In this document: piece after piece, positions 36,942 through 46,408 of the stretch
How the letters are laid out: each line of letters begins with the position of its first letter
Position numbering within the stretch: the stretch's first letter is position 1
Origin: Planctomycetota bacterium
Lineage (GTDB): Bacteria; Planctomycetota; MHYJ01; WSZJ01
Direction of reading: 5' to 3'
Length of the DNA: 64,000 nucleotides
Assembly (NCBI GenBank): GCA_016190145.1
Contig: JACPRD010000003.1
Location: forward strand, 17,617-81,616
Notes under the pieces: model-generated
What the model was told of the DNA's origin: nothing
The model's database searches: none
What the model saw: the letters and a program-made list of their open reading frames with translations, nothing else
Translations under genes and position numbers: made by a program

Positions 36942-37169
36942 ATCCGTTTCCATCCCTTCCGATCCGCGACTCCGCCGTTCTTATCCGGCTTTCATCCTGC
37001 TTTTCAACCTCATCACGTCTTTCTCCCCGTGAGCTTCTCCATCGCCTGCTTTTCTTCCGCGCGGATCGGTCCGAAGACCAGCGGGAGCCCGAGTGCGTGA
37101 TCGCCGCTTCGGAGGATTAAAAGAGATAGGAACGGCGGGGTCGCTGATGAAAACGGGTGAAAAGGGATA
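36942..37169. repeat. ~228-bp element bounded by ~43-bp imperfect inverted repeats (MITE-like or structured RNA) in a 575-bp low-GC spacer
   Basis: The left arm (36942-36984) ends in gcgactccgccgttcttat. The right arm (37126-37169) begins ataggaacggcggggtcgc. The 20-nt core matches 18/20 as a reverse complement, and similarity continues outward. Confidence 0.4.
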
Positions 37170-37355
37170 CTGCTGACGCTCGAACAGCAACTTCTCCCAC
37201 TCCAGCAGGGCATCCGTCGACTCTCACTGGACACCTGCCGGGGTTCTCCCGACTTTCTTGCTATAGACTCCTTAAGATCGTTGACAACTTCCGAACGGGG
37301 TGAACTGCCGCAAGGATCCAGCGTTCAATCCGGAACGCCAACCCGGAGAACGCCC

Positions 37356-38195
37356 ATGCGCTTTTCCCTCAGCGTACTTTCGAGCCTGCTGACCACGCTC
37401 CTCGCCCTGCCGGCCCGGGCGGAAGACGCCGCACCTCCCCGCTGGAGTTTCGCGGCCGGGGACGAGTTCGAATTCACGCTGAATTCGAAGCTCCGGTACG
37501 ACTCGACCATAGGCGGTAGAACGGAATCCCGCGTCTCGGAGCTCAAGATGCGCTTCCGGTTCGCAGTAGCCAGAGTCGACGACAAGGGCGTCGCGACTGG
37601 CGGTGTGAAGATCGTCGAATCGGCTGGCACGGAGGAGGAGGCCGGCGATGGGTTCTATGCGGAGGAGCGGAGCTACAAGCGCGGCGGGAAGGCGCTCGCG
37701 GACTTCAAGGCCGAGGGAACGATGGATGCCGCCGGGAACTTCGCGCTTCCGCGGCGCGCCCTGGAGCCGCTGTTCGGGGTCGAGGATCCAGACATCCAGG
37801 TGGCGCGGATGATGCTGGCGTGGCCGGCGTCCAGCAAGGAAGGGAAAGCAGGATGGGTCGTGCCCGGCATTCGGCGCACGCCGATCTTCCCGTTGCTCGA
37901 AATCCCCGGATTCGAGATGAAGCTCGAAGAAACGAAGCCCGGCGTGACGGCAACGGGCAAACCGCAGAAGATCGACTGGGACGGCAAGTCGGAGCGGGGG
38001 GCGCTCCCGCCCGCCGAGTCCAAAGGCGCCGCGGTCCTGGAGGCGGATGCGGCGACCGGCACCACCACCTGCTCCGTCTCGGACGAGTTCTCGTGGTCCT
38101 ACGTGGCGGGCGGCTTCGAAGGACAGGGCGACGAGAAGATCAGCGTGAAGGAAACGTTTGAGTCGACGGTCACGGTGAAACTCCTCCCGAAGTAA
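37356..38195 (+). CDS. Hypothetical exported protein, 279 aa (distant paralog of 35940..36779)
   Basis: It has a signal peptide (MRFSLSVLSSLLTTLLALPARA). The N-terminal motif is PRWSFAAGDEFEFTL. Its length is identical to the gene upstream of the spacer. Confidence 0.7.
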   Translation: MRFSLSVLSSLLTTLLALPARAEDAAPPRWSFAAGDEFEFTLNSKLRYDSTIGGRTESRVSELKMRFRFAVARVDDKGVATGGVKIVESAGTEEEAGDGFYAEERSYKRGGKALADFKAEGTMDAAGNFALPRRALEPLFGVEDPDIQVARMMLAWPASSKEGKAGWVVPGIRRTPIFPLLEIPGFEMKLEETKPGVTATGKPQKIDWDGKSERGALPPAESKGAAVLEADAATGTTTCSVSDEFSWSYVAGGFEGQGDEKISVKETFESTVTVKLLPK

Positions 38196-38219
38196 CCGCT
38201 TCAGGAAACCGGATCGGGC

Positions 38220-40106
38220 TTACTTCAGCTTCTTGTCCGTGATCGGTGGCTTCGGCTCCCTGGTCTCCCGTTCCCGGTTGTAGTCGCGGATCGCCCGGAT
38301 GTCCTCCAGGAGCGCGTCCGCGTCCTTGCCGCGGGCTGCCGGAAGCTGCGGGATCCCCTTGATTGCGGCGCACAGTTCCGCGAAGCCGTCGAGCATGGCA
38401 GGTCGGTCCGTGAACTGCCACACGCGGCGCGGCATCTCGTCGAAGAAATGGTCCAGCGGCCAGAGACGACCCGCGTCGTCCGCCGCCTCCGCCGCCTCCG
38501 CGAGCAGGCTCTTCAGCGTCGCGAGCGCCGTGCCCGACACATTCCCGTTCCCGTCGCGCAGCAGGCGGATGGACTCCGTCAACCGGACCATGCCCGGCGC
38601 GCCGTCCAGCCGCTTGAGCGCCTCCGCCTGGGACTTCGGGTCCGCGATGTGCAGCCCGAACTGCATCCACTCGCCGTCGCTCGCGCACGCAGGGAGTTTC
38701 TCCGCCGGGACGAACGTGAATGCGACGGGCTTCCCGGCCTCCGCGGGAACCGCCGCCGGCCCCTTCACCGCCAGCCCCTTCGCACTCACCTCGACCGTCC
38801 ACGTGTACGCCGCGCTCAACATTCCTTCGTCCATGTGGACGCGCGGCGTGTCGAGCGCCACGGTGACGGTCAACTGGTGCGTCCCCTCGCCGAAGTCCGC
38901 GCCTTTCACCCTGAGCTGATGGCGCACCGGCCCCGGCTCCTTCGGCTTCGGCTCGATCACCTTCAGTTTTTTCGCGTCCACGCGACGCCCGTCGAGGTAC
39001 CACGCCACGCGCGCCGCGGGACCTGTTGCGCCCATGGGAAGCGGAACGACTTCGAAATCGACGGACTCGTTCAGGGCGATTTTCTGAAGTGTCCAGACGG
39101 GCGCGACGGAGAGGATCGGCGGGAAAAACCTGTACAGGCCCAGCTCGCAGATTTCGGTGCAGACGCGGCAGAACTCCTTCCCCTTCCCGCGCTGCATGTG
39201 ACACAGCTCCTCCGCCCGGTAGACGCCGTCGGGGTAGGTCGCCCCGCCTTCGTAGCACCGGACGTTGTCCTCCCACACGAACGGCTTCCCTCGTTTCTCT
39301 CCCCGGTAGACGGCCTCCGGGATGTTCCAGTGGTGCCATTTCGTCCGGTAGACGTTTTTCTGCAGCGTGGCATTCCAGGTCTGCTCGATGCCCTCCGGAG
39401 GCGGTCCCGCGCCGGACTGCTTCTCATCCACGTACTCGTCGACCAGGTTGATGTAGTGGTGACCGAATTCGTGAACGACAAGCGAGCCCTGGTGGACTTT
39501 TGCGGTGCTCAGCAGCACGAACGCGCCGGAATTGGCGCTCGCGACGAATTTCTCGTTCGTGTTGAGGACGACGAGGATGTAGTCCGCCTCCGGTACGGCG
39601 GCGACGACGAGGTCGATGGCCTTCTTCGTGTCGCACTGGAGGAGTTTCCCGCCGGGAAACGCCCGCAGGCTGCCGCCGAGAGCGGTGTCGATCTTCGCTT
39701 CGTCCGACGAATAGCCCGATTCCTTCGAGATCAGGTCGATGCGGTGAATCCGGATGCGCGCCGCGTGCGCGTCGAACGGGCGCGTCGCGAAATTCGCGGC
39801 CATCCGGTCCGCGATCGGTTTCCAGGCGGCCTGCTGGTCCTTCGTGAACCCGTCCGCGACCAGAGCGATATCCACGACGCGCCCCGGATCGGCCTCGCCT
39901 CCGAGCGTCGCCACCTCCACGACGCCGAGGTCCGCGAGCGCTTTGCGCCGCTCGGCGGCCGCCTCCTCCAGCGACGCCTGATGCGCCTTCTCTTCCTCCT
40001 TCGCCTTCAAAGCGCGCGCCTTCAGCGCATCCTGGGCAGGTTCCTCTGCGGCCGCGACGGCCGCGGCGGCCACGAGCAGCAGGCTACCCGGGATTCCTCG
40101 CGCCAC
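38220..40106 (-). CDS. Peptidase M64 (IgA-peptidase-like) family zinc metalloprotease with long C-terminal extension
   Basis: It has a signal peptide (MARGIPGSLLLVAAAAVAAA). The motif SLVVHEFGHHYINLVDEY matches the HEXXH...DEY signature of M64. Confidence 0.8.
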   Translation of the reverse strand: MARGIPGSLLLVAAAAVAAAEEPAQDALKARALKAKEEEKAHQASLEEAAAERRKALADLGVVEVATLGGEADPGRVVDIALVADGFTKDQQAAWKPIADRMAANFATRPFDAHAARIRIHRIDLISKESGYSSDEAKIDTALGGSLRAFPGGKLLQCDTKKAIDLVVAAVPEADYILVVLNTNEKFVASANSGAFVLLSTAKVHQGSLVVHEFGHHYINLVDEYVDEKQSGAGPPPEGIEQTWNATLQKNVYRTKWHHWNIPEAVYRGEKRGKPFVWEDNVRCYEGGATYPDGVYRAEELCHMQRGKGKEFCRVCTEICELGLYRFFPPILSVAPVWTLQKIALNESVDFEVVPLPMGATGPAARVAWYLDGRRVDAKKLKVIEPKPKEPGPVRHQLRVKGADFGEGTHQLTVTVALDTPRVHMDEGMLSAAYTWTVEVSAKGLAVKGPAAVPAEAGKPVAFTFVPAEKLPACASDGEWMQFGLHIADPKSQAEALKRLDGAPGMVRLTESIRLLRDGNGNVSGTALATLKSLLAEAAEAADDAGRLWPLDHFFDEMPRRVWQFTDRPAMLDGFAELCAAIKGIPQLPAARGKDADALLEDIRAIRDYNRERETREPKPPITDKKLK

Positions 40107-40223
40107 GCGGCACCTCGCAATGGAAGTCTGACGGTGCGTCCGGTTCGTCGGGAGGACCTTCGTATGGGCGCCCGGGTCGACCGACGAAACCTCCCGGACC
40201 GGTCTCTCTTCAAACTCCGGAGC

Positions 40224-41132
40224 CTAAGGCTTACCCGCCGGCAGGACGACGATTCCCGCTTCGGTAAGCACGCACACATGGGCACCCGCGGCGCGGACTT
40301 CGAGGGCACCGGGCACCTCCTCGGTCCAGAGGACCTGCATGTCCGAGAGGCGGGTTGCGATGACCTTGTCGCCATCGACGGAATACGCCACGTCCACGGC
40401 GAAGTCGCTCTGGGTGCCGGGGAGTTTGAGCGTGCGGAGATGCGCCTGGCGGCGGAGGTCGTAGACGCAGTAGTCGGGCCCGTTGATGTTGCGGCAGTAA
40501 GCGAGGTCGCCATCGACGACGCGGATGTAGTCGAACCACTCCTTCACGGACTCGATGCGCCAGACCTCCTTGCGCGTCGGCACGTGAATTTCCAGGAGGA
40601 ATCCCGAGTAGCGGCTGACGAAGTACGCGTGCTCGCCCGACACGTCGACGTCCTCCAGGACTCCGCTGACCTCGATGGCCGTGTGTTTCCGGCCGGACGG
40701 GATGTCGAGAATCTCGATCACCCCGGCACGGGTGGCGACGGCAAGAGTGTCCTTCCAGGCGGCCGAGCAGACGGCGGCAGCGCCGGTGGCGACGAAGTGA
40801 GTCCGTTTTTCCGAGGCGAGGTCGTAGACGGCGACGCCCTTGTCGCCGGAGATGAACGCCCGCCCGCCCTGGACGCTCAAGTGCCGACCTTTCTCGGCCA
40901 CGACCGTCCGCAGGACCTTTCCCTGGGCGGGATCCAGGACGGCAATGCCGTCGCCTGCGAGGACATAGACGGTTTCTCCGTCGCGGTGGAAGGACTTGTC
41001 CTTGCCGGGCAGGGCGATCCCGGTGCGAGCGGACGGAGGCGGAGCCTTCGTTTCGGGCTCAGCCCCGGGCTGATCCCTGGGTTCGTCGGATGCGCAGCCG
41101 AGCACGAGGAGCAGGGGGAGGAGTCGTTTCAT
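40224..41132 (-). CDS. Lipoprotein, beta-propeller-like repeats
   Basis: The lipobox is LLLVLGCAS. Repeated strands of the YncE/PQQ-like type follow (GIAVLDPAQGKVLRTV, GVAVYDLASEK, VIEILDIPSGRK...). Confidence 0.75.
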   Translation of the reverse strand: MKRLLPLLLVLGCASDEPRDQPGAEPETKAPPPSARTGIALPGKDKSFHRDGETVYVLAGDGIAVLDPAQGKVLRTVVAEKGRHLSVQGGRAFISGDKGVAVYDLASEKRTHFVATGAAAVCSAAWKDTLAVATRAGVIEILDIPSGRKHTAIEVSGVLEDVDVSGEHAYFVSRYSGFLLEIHVPTRKEVWRIESVKEWFDYIRVVDGDLAYCRNINGPDYCVYDLRRQAHLRTLKLPGTQSDFAVDVAYSVDGDKVIATRLSDMQVLWTEEVPGALEVRAAGAHVCVLTEAGIVVLPAGKP

Positions 41133-41368
41133 GGGCGAAAGTTAGCGAAGGCGGGTCATGGCTGTAAAGCAAATGGAAGCTGAATCGTGGGTCCCGGCGC
41201 TCTACGCACGCATGGCGGCCCGCCTGGGGGAGCACCCGGGACGCTGAGGCGAGGCGCGAACGGCCTGCCCTGCGATGGACCGCAGGGCCGGCGAAATTCG
41301 TTTCCGTCGGAATCGAATCGGTCCGGACTTCGCTTCAGCAACCATGCGGCCCGGCTTAGAATCCGCCC

Positions 41369-42235
41369 ATGACCCGGGACCTCAATCCTCAGGCGCAGCA
41401 GATGGCCGACGAGTCGATGCGGCGCAACCTCGCGGCGCAGATCGAGTGCATCTGGCCGCAGGAGAAACGGCTTTTCGAACGGTACGGGCTGGCGGACGAC
41501 ATCCGGATCCTCGACGCGGGGTGCGGGACGGGCGAAGCGTCGGGGCGGCTGGCGGAGCTGTATCCGCGGGCGTCCGTGGTCGGGGTGGACATCCTGGACG
41601 GCCACCTGGACCTGGCGCGCGCGCGGCTCGCGCGGCTGGGCGGACGCGTCCGCTTCGAGAACCGGTCGGTCTTCCGGCTGGGGCTGCCCGACGCGAGCTT
41701 CGACCTGGTCGCCTGCCGGCACGTGATCCAGGCCATTCCCGACGCGGACCGCGCGCTGGCCGAGCTGGCGCGCGTGACGCGGCCGGGCGGCCGGCTGCAC
41801 GTGATCGCCGAGGACTACGGGATGATCCGCTTCCCCAGGCGGACGCTCGAGCCGGACGAGCTCTGGCGCGCGGTGTGCGGAGAGTTCGGGCCGGCGCTGG
41901 GGATCGATCTGTGCGTCGGGCGGAGCTGTCCGGCCATCCTGCGCCGGCTGGGCCTGCGGGACGTGACCGTAGATTTCGTCGTCGTCGATCCCCTGCGCGT
42001 GCCACGGGAGCTGTTCGCGGAGATCTGGACCGCGTGGCGGGACGGCTACAGCGAAGCGATCGGCAGAAGGACGTCGCTTTCCGAGGCCGAGGTGCGCGCG
42101 CACTTCGACGACCAGATCGCCACGATCCGCGATCCCGGCGGATACGGGGTGTGGCTGGTGCCGGTCGTGTCGGGGGTCGTGGAGGCACGAGAAGGGGAAC
42201 CATCGCGCCCGCTTCGCGTCAAACGCGCACCATGA
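41369..42235 (+). CDS. Class I SAM-dependent methyltransferase
   Basis: Motif I is ILDAGCGTGEASGRLA. The post-I acidic residue is in VVGVDI. It also has FDLVACRHVIQAIPD and PGGRLHVIAED. Confidence 0.9.
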   Translation: MTRDLNPQAQQMADESMRRNLAAQIECIWPQEKRLFERYGLADDIRILDAGCGTGEASGRLAELYPRASVVGVDILDGHLDLARARLARLGGRVRFENRSVFRLGLPDASFDLVACRHVIQAIPDADRALAELARVTRPGGRLHVIAEDYGMIRFPRRTLEPDELWRAVCGEFGPALGIDLCVGRSCPAILRRLGLRDVTVDFVVVDPLRVPRELFAEIWTAWRDGYSEAIGRRTSLSEAEVRAHFDDQIATIRDPGGYGVWLVPVVSGVVEAREGEPSRPLRVKRAP

Positions 42236-43140
42236 AACGCCTCATCCTGCTCCTTGCCCTGGCCGCTCTTCCGATGGTCCCGCTCCGGTCGGATCCCGAG
42301 GGGGCCCCGAGGCGCGACGCGCAGGCGACGAGGTACCTCGCGGATCGAGTGGCCTCGCATCTGCTTTCGGAGGACGGCGAAGTCCGGTCGCGCGCGGGCG
42401 AGGAGCTGGTCCGAGGGATGCCGGCGAACGAGGAGGTTTTCGAAGCGCTGATTCTCTACGCGGATCCGAAAGTCCGGGAATACGCGATTTCCCTGGCCGG
42501 AAATCTCGGGGCCGCGGGGGGAAGGCTGGTGCCGGCGATCCTGAAAGTGCTCTCCGATCCCGACGACGTCTGCCGGTGGCGCGCGGCCTACGAACTCGGG
42601 CGGATCGGGCCCGCCGCGAAGGACGCCGCCCCCGAACTCGTGCGCCAGATGCTCGACCCGTCGTTCCGGAACCAGGTCGCCGCGACGTGGGCGGTGGCGG
42701 CTCTCGGCGAAGGGGCCCGCGACGCGCTCGTCGAGCAGCTCCGCGAGCCGTCGCCCCTCCTCGCGGCGCGCGCGTTCGACAAGCTCTCCGGCCCGGGAGT
42801 TCAGATCAAGGGAGGCGATGCCTGCGCCGTCGGAGCGCTGGTCCACGCCCTGCGCAAGCACCCCGAGCCGGCGATCCGCGGGCAGGCCGCGCGCGTGATC
42901 CGGCGGCTCCACTTGGGCACGCCGGACGAAGAACGCGCGCTCATCGAGGCGGCGCTCGACGACGAATCCCCCGACGTGCGGATCGCCGCGGCGCAGGCGC
43001 TCGCCACGGCCGCCGCCGAACGCCGCCCCGACATCGTCCGCGGCCTCCGCGAGGGCCGGCACGACCCGGATCCGAAGGCGCGCGCGGCGATCCTGGAAGC
43101 GCTGAAGAGTCTCGGCGCGGGCGAGGAGGACCTCAAGTGA
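42232..43140 (+). CDS. HEAT-repeat exported protein
   Basis: The ATG overlaps the methyltransferase stop (ATGA). It has a signal peptide (MKRLILLLALAALPMVPL). HEAT units include DPDDVCRWRAAYELGRIGPAAKDAAPEL, EPAIRGQAARVIRRL and DESPDVRIAAAQALA. Confidence 0.8.
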   Translation: MKRLILLLALAALPMVPLRSDPEGAPRRDAQATRYLADRVASHLLSEDGEVRSRAGEELVRGMPANEEVFEALILYADPKVREYAISLAGNLGAAGGRLVPAILKVLSDPDDVCRWRAAYELGRIGPAAKDAAPELVRQMLDPSFRNQVAATWAVAALGEGARDALVEQLREPSPLLAARAFDKLSGPGVQIKGGDACAVGALVHALRKHPEPAIRGQAARVIRRLHLGTPDEERALIEAALDDESPDVRIAAAQALATAAAERRPDIVRGLREGRHDPDPKARAAILEALKSLGAGEEDLK

Positions 43141-44153
43141 AGCGCCTCGCCGCGATCGCCCTGGTCGTCGCCGTGTCGGCCTGCGATCGCGGGCCCGCAA
43201 AGAAAGCTCCCCCCGCACCGAAGCCGCCGGTGACCCGCACGACGCCGGTCCAGACGCCCCCACAGCCGCGAACCGTCGAGGACTGGCTCCGCGAACTCGA
43301 CTCGCCCGACCCGCTTCGCCGCCGGCAGGCACAGGACGTCCTCCGGCAGCTGAATGAAAACGTGCTCCCGACGCTGATCCCCGCGCTGGCCGATCCGGAC
43401 CATGAAAAACGCCGCGCCGCCATCGAGGCGATCAGCCAGCTCGGCAGCGCCGCCGCCCCCGCTGCTTCCGCCCTCGCCCGCGCCGCGATGGACGGCTCGC
43501 AGGAAACGGCGTGGTCCGTCACCCCGATCCTCGTCCGAAAGCTGGGCGCCGCCGGCGAAACCGCCCTCGTCGAAGCCCTGCGCGAGCCCGACACCGCCAA
43601 AGCGCTTCTCCTCTTCTCCTCGATCGACAACACCGACCGGACCGGCACGCAGGACTTCGCCGTCTGGATCCTGGAGCGCGCACTCCGCACCCACGCCGAA
43701 CCCGCCGTCCGCCGGCAGGCCGTCGCGGTGCTCACCCGGCTCGAATGCGACCGCGCGCTCGCCTGCGCCACCGTTCTCCACGCCCTCCTCGAGGACGCCG
43801 ACCCCGGCGTCCGCGCCGCCTGCGCCAGGTTCCTCGGCCGGCTCTCCAGCGACGACGACGACCTCCGCGAAGCCGCCATGCCCGCCCTCCGCGAAGCCGC
43901 GAACGACTCGGACCCCGCCGTTTCCCGCGCGGTCACGATCGCCATCACGCGCGGCGCCCCCGGCGGGCGTTTCCAGGCCGAAAACGACGCCCGGCGCAGG
44001 GAAGAAGAAGCGGCCATCCTGGAGAAGCAGGGGCGGATCGAGGAAGCGGCCGTCGTGGTGAAAGCGCTTCTCGAGGACTACGACGACGACACTCACGCCG
44101 AAGCCTGGCGGCAGGCGCTGGAGCGGTACCGGAAAGCCCCGGGCGGGAAATAG
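43137..44153 (+). CDS. HEAT-repeat lipoprotein
   Basis: The GTG overlaps the upstream stop (GTGA). The lipobox is VVAVSAC. HEAT units include DPDHEKRRAAIEAISQLG, EPAVRRQAVAVLTRL, DADPGVRAACARFLGRL and DSDPAVSRAVTIA. Confidence 0.8.
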   Translation: MKRLAAIALVVAVSACDRGPAKKAPPAPKPPVTRTTPVQTPPQPRTVEDWLRELDSPDPLRRRQAQDVLRQLNENVLPTLIPALADPDHEKRRAAIEAISQLGSAAAPAASALARAAMDGSQETAWSVTPILVRKLGAAGETALVEALREPDTAKALLLFSSIDNTDRTGTQDFAVWILERALRTHAEPAVRRQAVAVLTRLECDRALACATVLHALLEDADPGVRAACARFLGRLSSDDDDLREAAMPALREAANDSDPAVSRAVTIAITRGAPGGRFQAENDARRREEEAAILEKQGRIEEAAVVVKALLEDYDDDTHAEAWRQALERYRKAPGGK

Positions 44154-44272
44154 GCGGGGACGACCGCGAGAGTCGCGCGGCCACGTTCGGTTTTCGCTCA
44201 AACTCCGGACGGCAAAGCACTTCCTGAGCACGTGAAAAAATCGATCGCAGGAGCGGGCGTGGAAACGAGAGC

Positions 44273-44299
44273 GCCCCGCCCGGTCCACCCGGGCGGGGC
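44273..44299 (-). terminator. GC-rich hairpin (11-bp stem, 5-nt loop) just downstream of the minus-strand gene 44309..45499
   Basis: gccccgcccgg-tccac-ccgggcggggc. On the minus strand it is followed by gctctcgtttcc, which is only a weak U-tract. Confidence 0.45.
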
Positions 44300-44308
44300 C
44301 TCCGCAGA

Positions 44309-45499
44309 CTATTTCGGCTTGAGCAGTGCCGAAGCCCGTTTCAGCGCCTCGTCGAACGCCGCCTTCTGACCACCGGGGAGCCGGGCGGAGATCTTGACCT
44401 TGTCTTTCCCGGTGCCCAGCGTCCCCTCTGAGAGGGCCCGCGCCAGCGGGGTCCAGGCCTCCAGAACCTGCGCCGCCTCCGCGCTCTTCGGGTGAGCCTC
44501 GGCCAGTTCGACGACGGCCGGGTACGTCTCGAGGAGGAACTCGGCCCAGCGCGCGGACGTGGTCGGGTACTTGTCCGAAGGGAATGCCTGCACCTGCACG
44601 CCCTCGGCCGAAATGACGGCCCCGGCGACGGCGGCCTTGAGCGCGCCGCACGCGTGGGCGAGTTCTTCGTCCGTCATCGTCGTGCGTCCGTTGCGCGAGG
44701 CGGCCTCCAGCCGGCGCGCGCACATCCGGAACTTCGCGCCCAGGTACTGCTCCGCCGGGGACACCAGCTCCTCGACTTCCGCTTCCCAGGAATGATCGGA
44801 ATCGTAGCCGATGCGGATGTCGTCCGCGGCGGTCGGCTCGAGGTTCTCGAACGTCCAGGTCCAGACGTCGCCTTCGCGCGACAACCCCCGCGTCGGGGAG
44901 ACGGCGAAGACGTGCGATGCCGGCATGTTCTTCGTGCGCAGCCGGACGACGGCTTTCCCGATCGGATTTTTCCAGGGCGCGCCGGTGTGGAGGACGTAAC
45001 TCGTCTCCACGCCCGTGTACATCCGGTGGTGAAGGTCCACTTCGTAGTGCACGACGTGGCGGCACGGCGACTTAGCCGCGTAGTTCGCCTTCCAGACGTA
45101 CCAGTAGTCGCCGGGTTCGTCGGCGCCGCCGCCGCGCCTCTTCTCCCCGCCGAGTCTCCCGAGATTCACGAGCTCGAAGTCCACCGCCTTCCCGTCTACT
45201 TCCACCCGGAAATCCCGCATGTTCGGCCAGGGACCGACCGGGAACCCTTCCTCGATTTCGACCGCCTCGCCCGCATTCGTCATCTGAAACACCGCGTCCA
45301 CGACGAGCTTCTCGTGCCGCTCCTCCCCCGTCGCCTCGATCGTCACGTCGACTTCCTCCGACGTCATCTCGATCTCCAGCCCCGCCATGTCCCCGCGCGC
45401 GTCCATGCCCCCCGCGTACATCCGCGGTTTCGGGCCGATGTCGGCGCGGGCGGAAAGGACGGACCCCAGCAAAGCCAGCACGACGGCGATCGTCCTCAT
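44309..45499 (-). CDS. Hypothetical exported protein, last gene of the ECF sigma operon
   Basis: It has a signal peptide (MRTIAVVLALLGSVLSARA), a beta-rich N-terminal half and a helical C-terminal half. I cannot assign a family with confidence. Confidence 0.8.
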   Translation of the reverse strand: MRTIAVVLALLGSVLSARADIGPKPRMYAGGMDARGDMAGLEIEMTSEEVDVTIEATGEERHEKLVVDAVFQMTNAGEAVEIEEGFPVGPWPNMRDFRVEVDGKAVDFELVNLGRLGGEKRRGGGADEPGDYWYVWKANYAAKSPCRHVVHYEVDLHHRMYTGVETSYVLHTGAPWKNPIGKAVVRLRTKNMPASHVFAVSPTRGLSREGDVWTWTFENLEPTAADDIRIGYDSDHSWEAEVEELVSPAEQYLGAKFRMCARRLEAASRNGRTTMTDEELAHACGALKAAVAGAVISAEGVQVQAFPSDKYPTTSARWAEFLLETYPAVVELAEAHPKSAEAAQVLEAWTPLARALSEGTLGTGKDKVKISARLPGGQKAAFDEALKRASALLKPK

Positions 45500-45571
45500 T
45501 TCGTTTCTCCTGTGATTCAGGTTTCACGGGCAAGGACAATCGAGAAGGGTCGATCCCGCGGAGATTCCGGA

Positions 45572-46408
45572 TTATTCGGGGAGGAGGACGAGGTTTTCGT
45601 GGACCTTACGAAGTGCCGGCTCGTCGGCGGAGGGTGAGGCGAGGAGGACCGCGAAGCCGTGGCACTCGGCGACCAGGCGGGTCCAGCCGGGCGGGAGCGG
45701 GACGGTTTCGAGCCAGGCGGCGGACTCGCGGGGGGCCTGGAGGAGGATCATCTCCCCGGCGTCGCCGGCGTAGCGCTGCCAGAGGACATCCGCGGGGGGG
45801 CCGCCGGGGGCGGCGCGCAGGACGGCGGCGCGGGCCAGGGAGAGCGGCCCGGGGAGCATCGCGGGGCGGATCCCGCGCAAGCCCGCCTGTCGGGCGACCG
45901 GAGCCAGCCAGGCGCTCTCGGCGGTGCCGCGACCACCGCCGCCCAAGCGGGACGGGCCGGCCGGACGCACGTCGCCGGGACCCAGCGGCGGCCCTGACGG
46001 CTTCTCCGGCCGCAGATCGGCGAGCACGTCCGCAAGGGTGAGGCGGGAGGACCGGGGGCCGGCGAGGGTCTCCCTGTCTCCGGGGCGAACGACCGGTGAA
46101 GTGCGCGACAGGAGGCGCAGTCCGCCGAAGACGGCGACGCCGGCCGTGAGGAGAACGGCGGCCGCGAGGGCCGACCGCCGCACGATCCAGCGGCGCCCGG
46201 AGCCCTGCGCCGCCTGGAAAACCCGCCGGCGGCGTTCCTCCGAGGGAGCCGGAACCGCCGCCCGCAAAACGGCCAGGGCCGCTTCCAGCCCGGCCAGTTC
46301 CGCGCGCGCCTCCTTCGACTCCGACAGCGCACGGTCCAGATCCGCAGCCCCCGGCAGGCCTTCGCCCGCCGCCCGCGCCGCCAGCGCATCCCTGAGCGAG
46401 TCGTTCAT
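45572..46408 (-). CDS. Anti-sigma factor (single-pass membrane protein)
   Basis: It overlaps the sigma gene by 4 nt. A short helical N-terminal region is followed by the TM ALAAAVLLTAGVAVFGGL and then a periplasmic domain. Confidence 0.7.
   Translation of the reverse strand: MNDSLRDALAARAAGEGLPGAADLDRALSESKEARAELAGLEAALAVLRAAVPAPSEERRRRVFQAAQGSGRRWIVRRSALAAAVLLTAGVAVFGGLRLLSRTSPVVRPGDRETLAGPRSSRLTLADVLADLRPEKPSGPPLGPGDVRPAGPSRLGGGGRGTAESAWLAPVARQAGLRGIRPAMLPGPLSLARAAVLRAAPGGPPADVLWQRYAGDAGEMILLQAPRESAAWLETVPLPPGWTRLVAECHGFAVLLASPSADEPALRKVHENLVLLPE

Noticed and set aside
37013-37234. A 73-aa minus-strand ORF inside the 575-bp spacer, considered as a real small gene.
   Set aside because: Only its last ~30 codons look coding by third-position GC, and the N-terminal part is Ser/Cys/Pro-rich junk. 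I treated it as a gene remnant inside the inverted-repeat element rather than as a CDS.
41275-43140. Long N-terminal extensions of the HEAT-repeat ORFs (41275..43140, 42576..44153, 46541..47983), of the GNAT ORF (9133..10080) and of the kinase-remnant ORF (22621..23724).
   Set aside because: The extensions are Arg/Pro-rich and overlap neighbouring real genes in other frames. Each trimmed start gives a signal peptide or family-typical N-terminus, and often a 4-nt overlap with the upstream stop.
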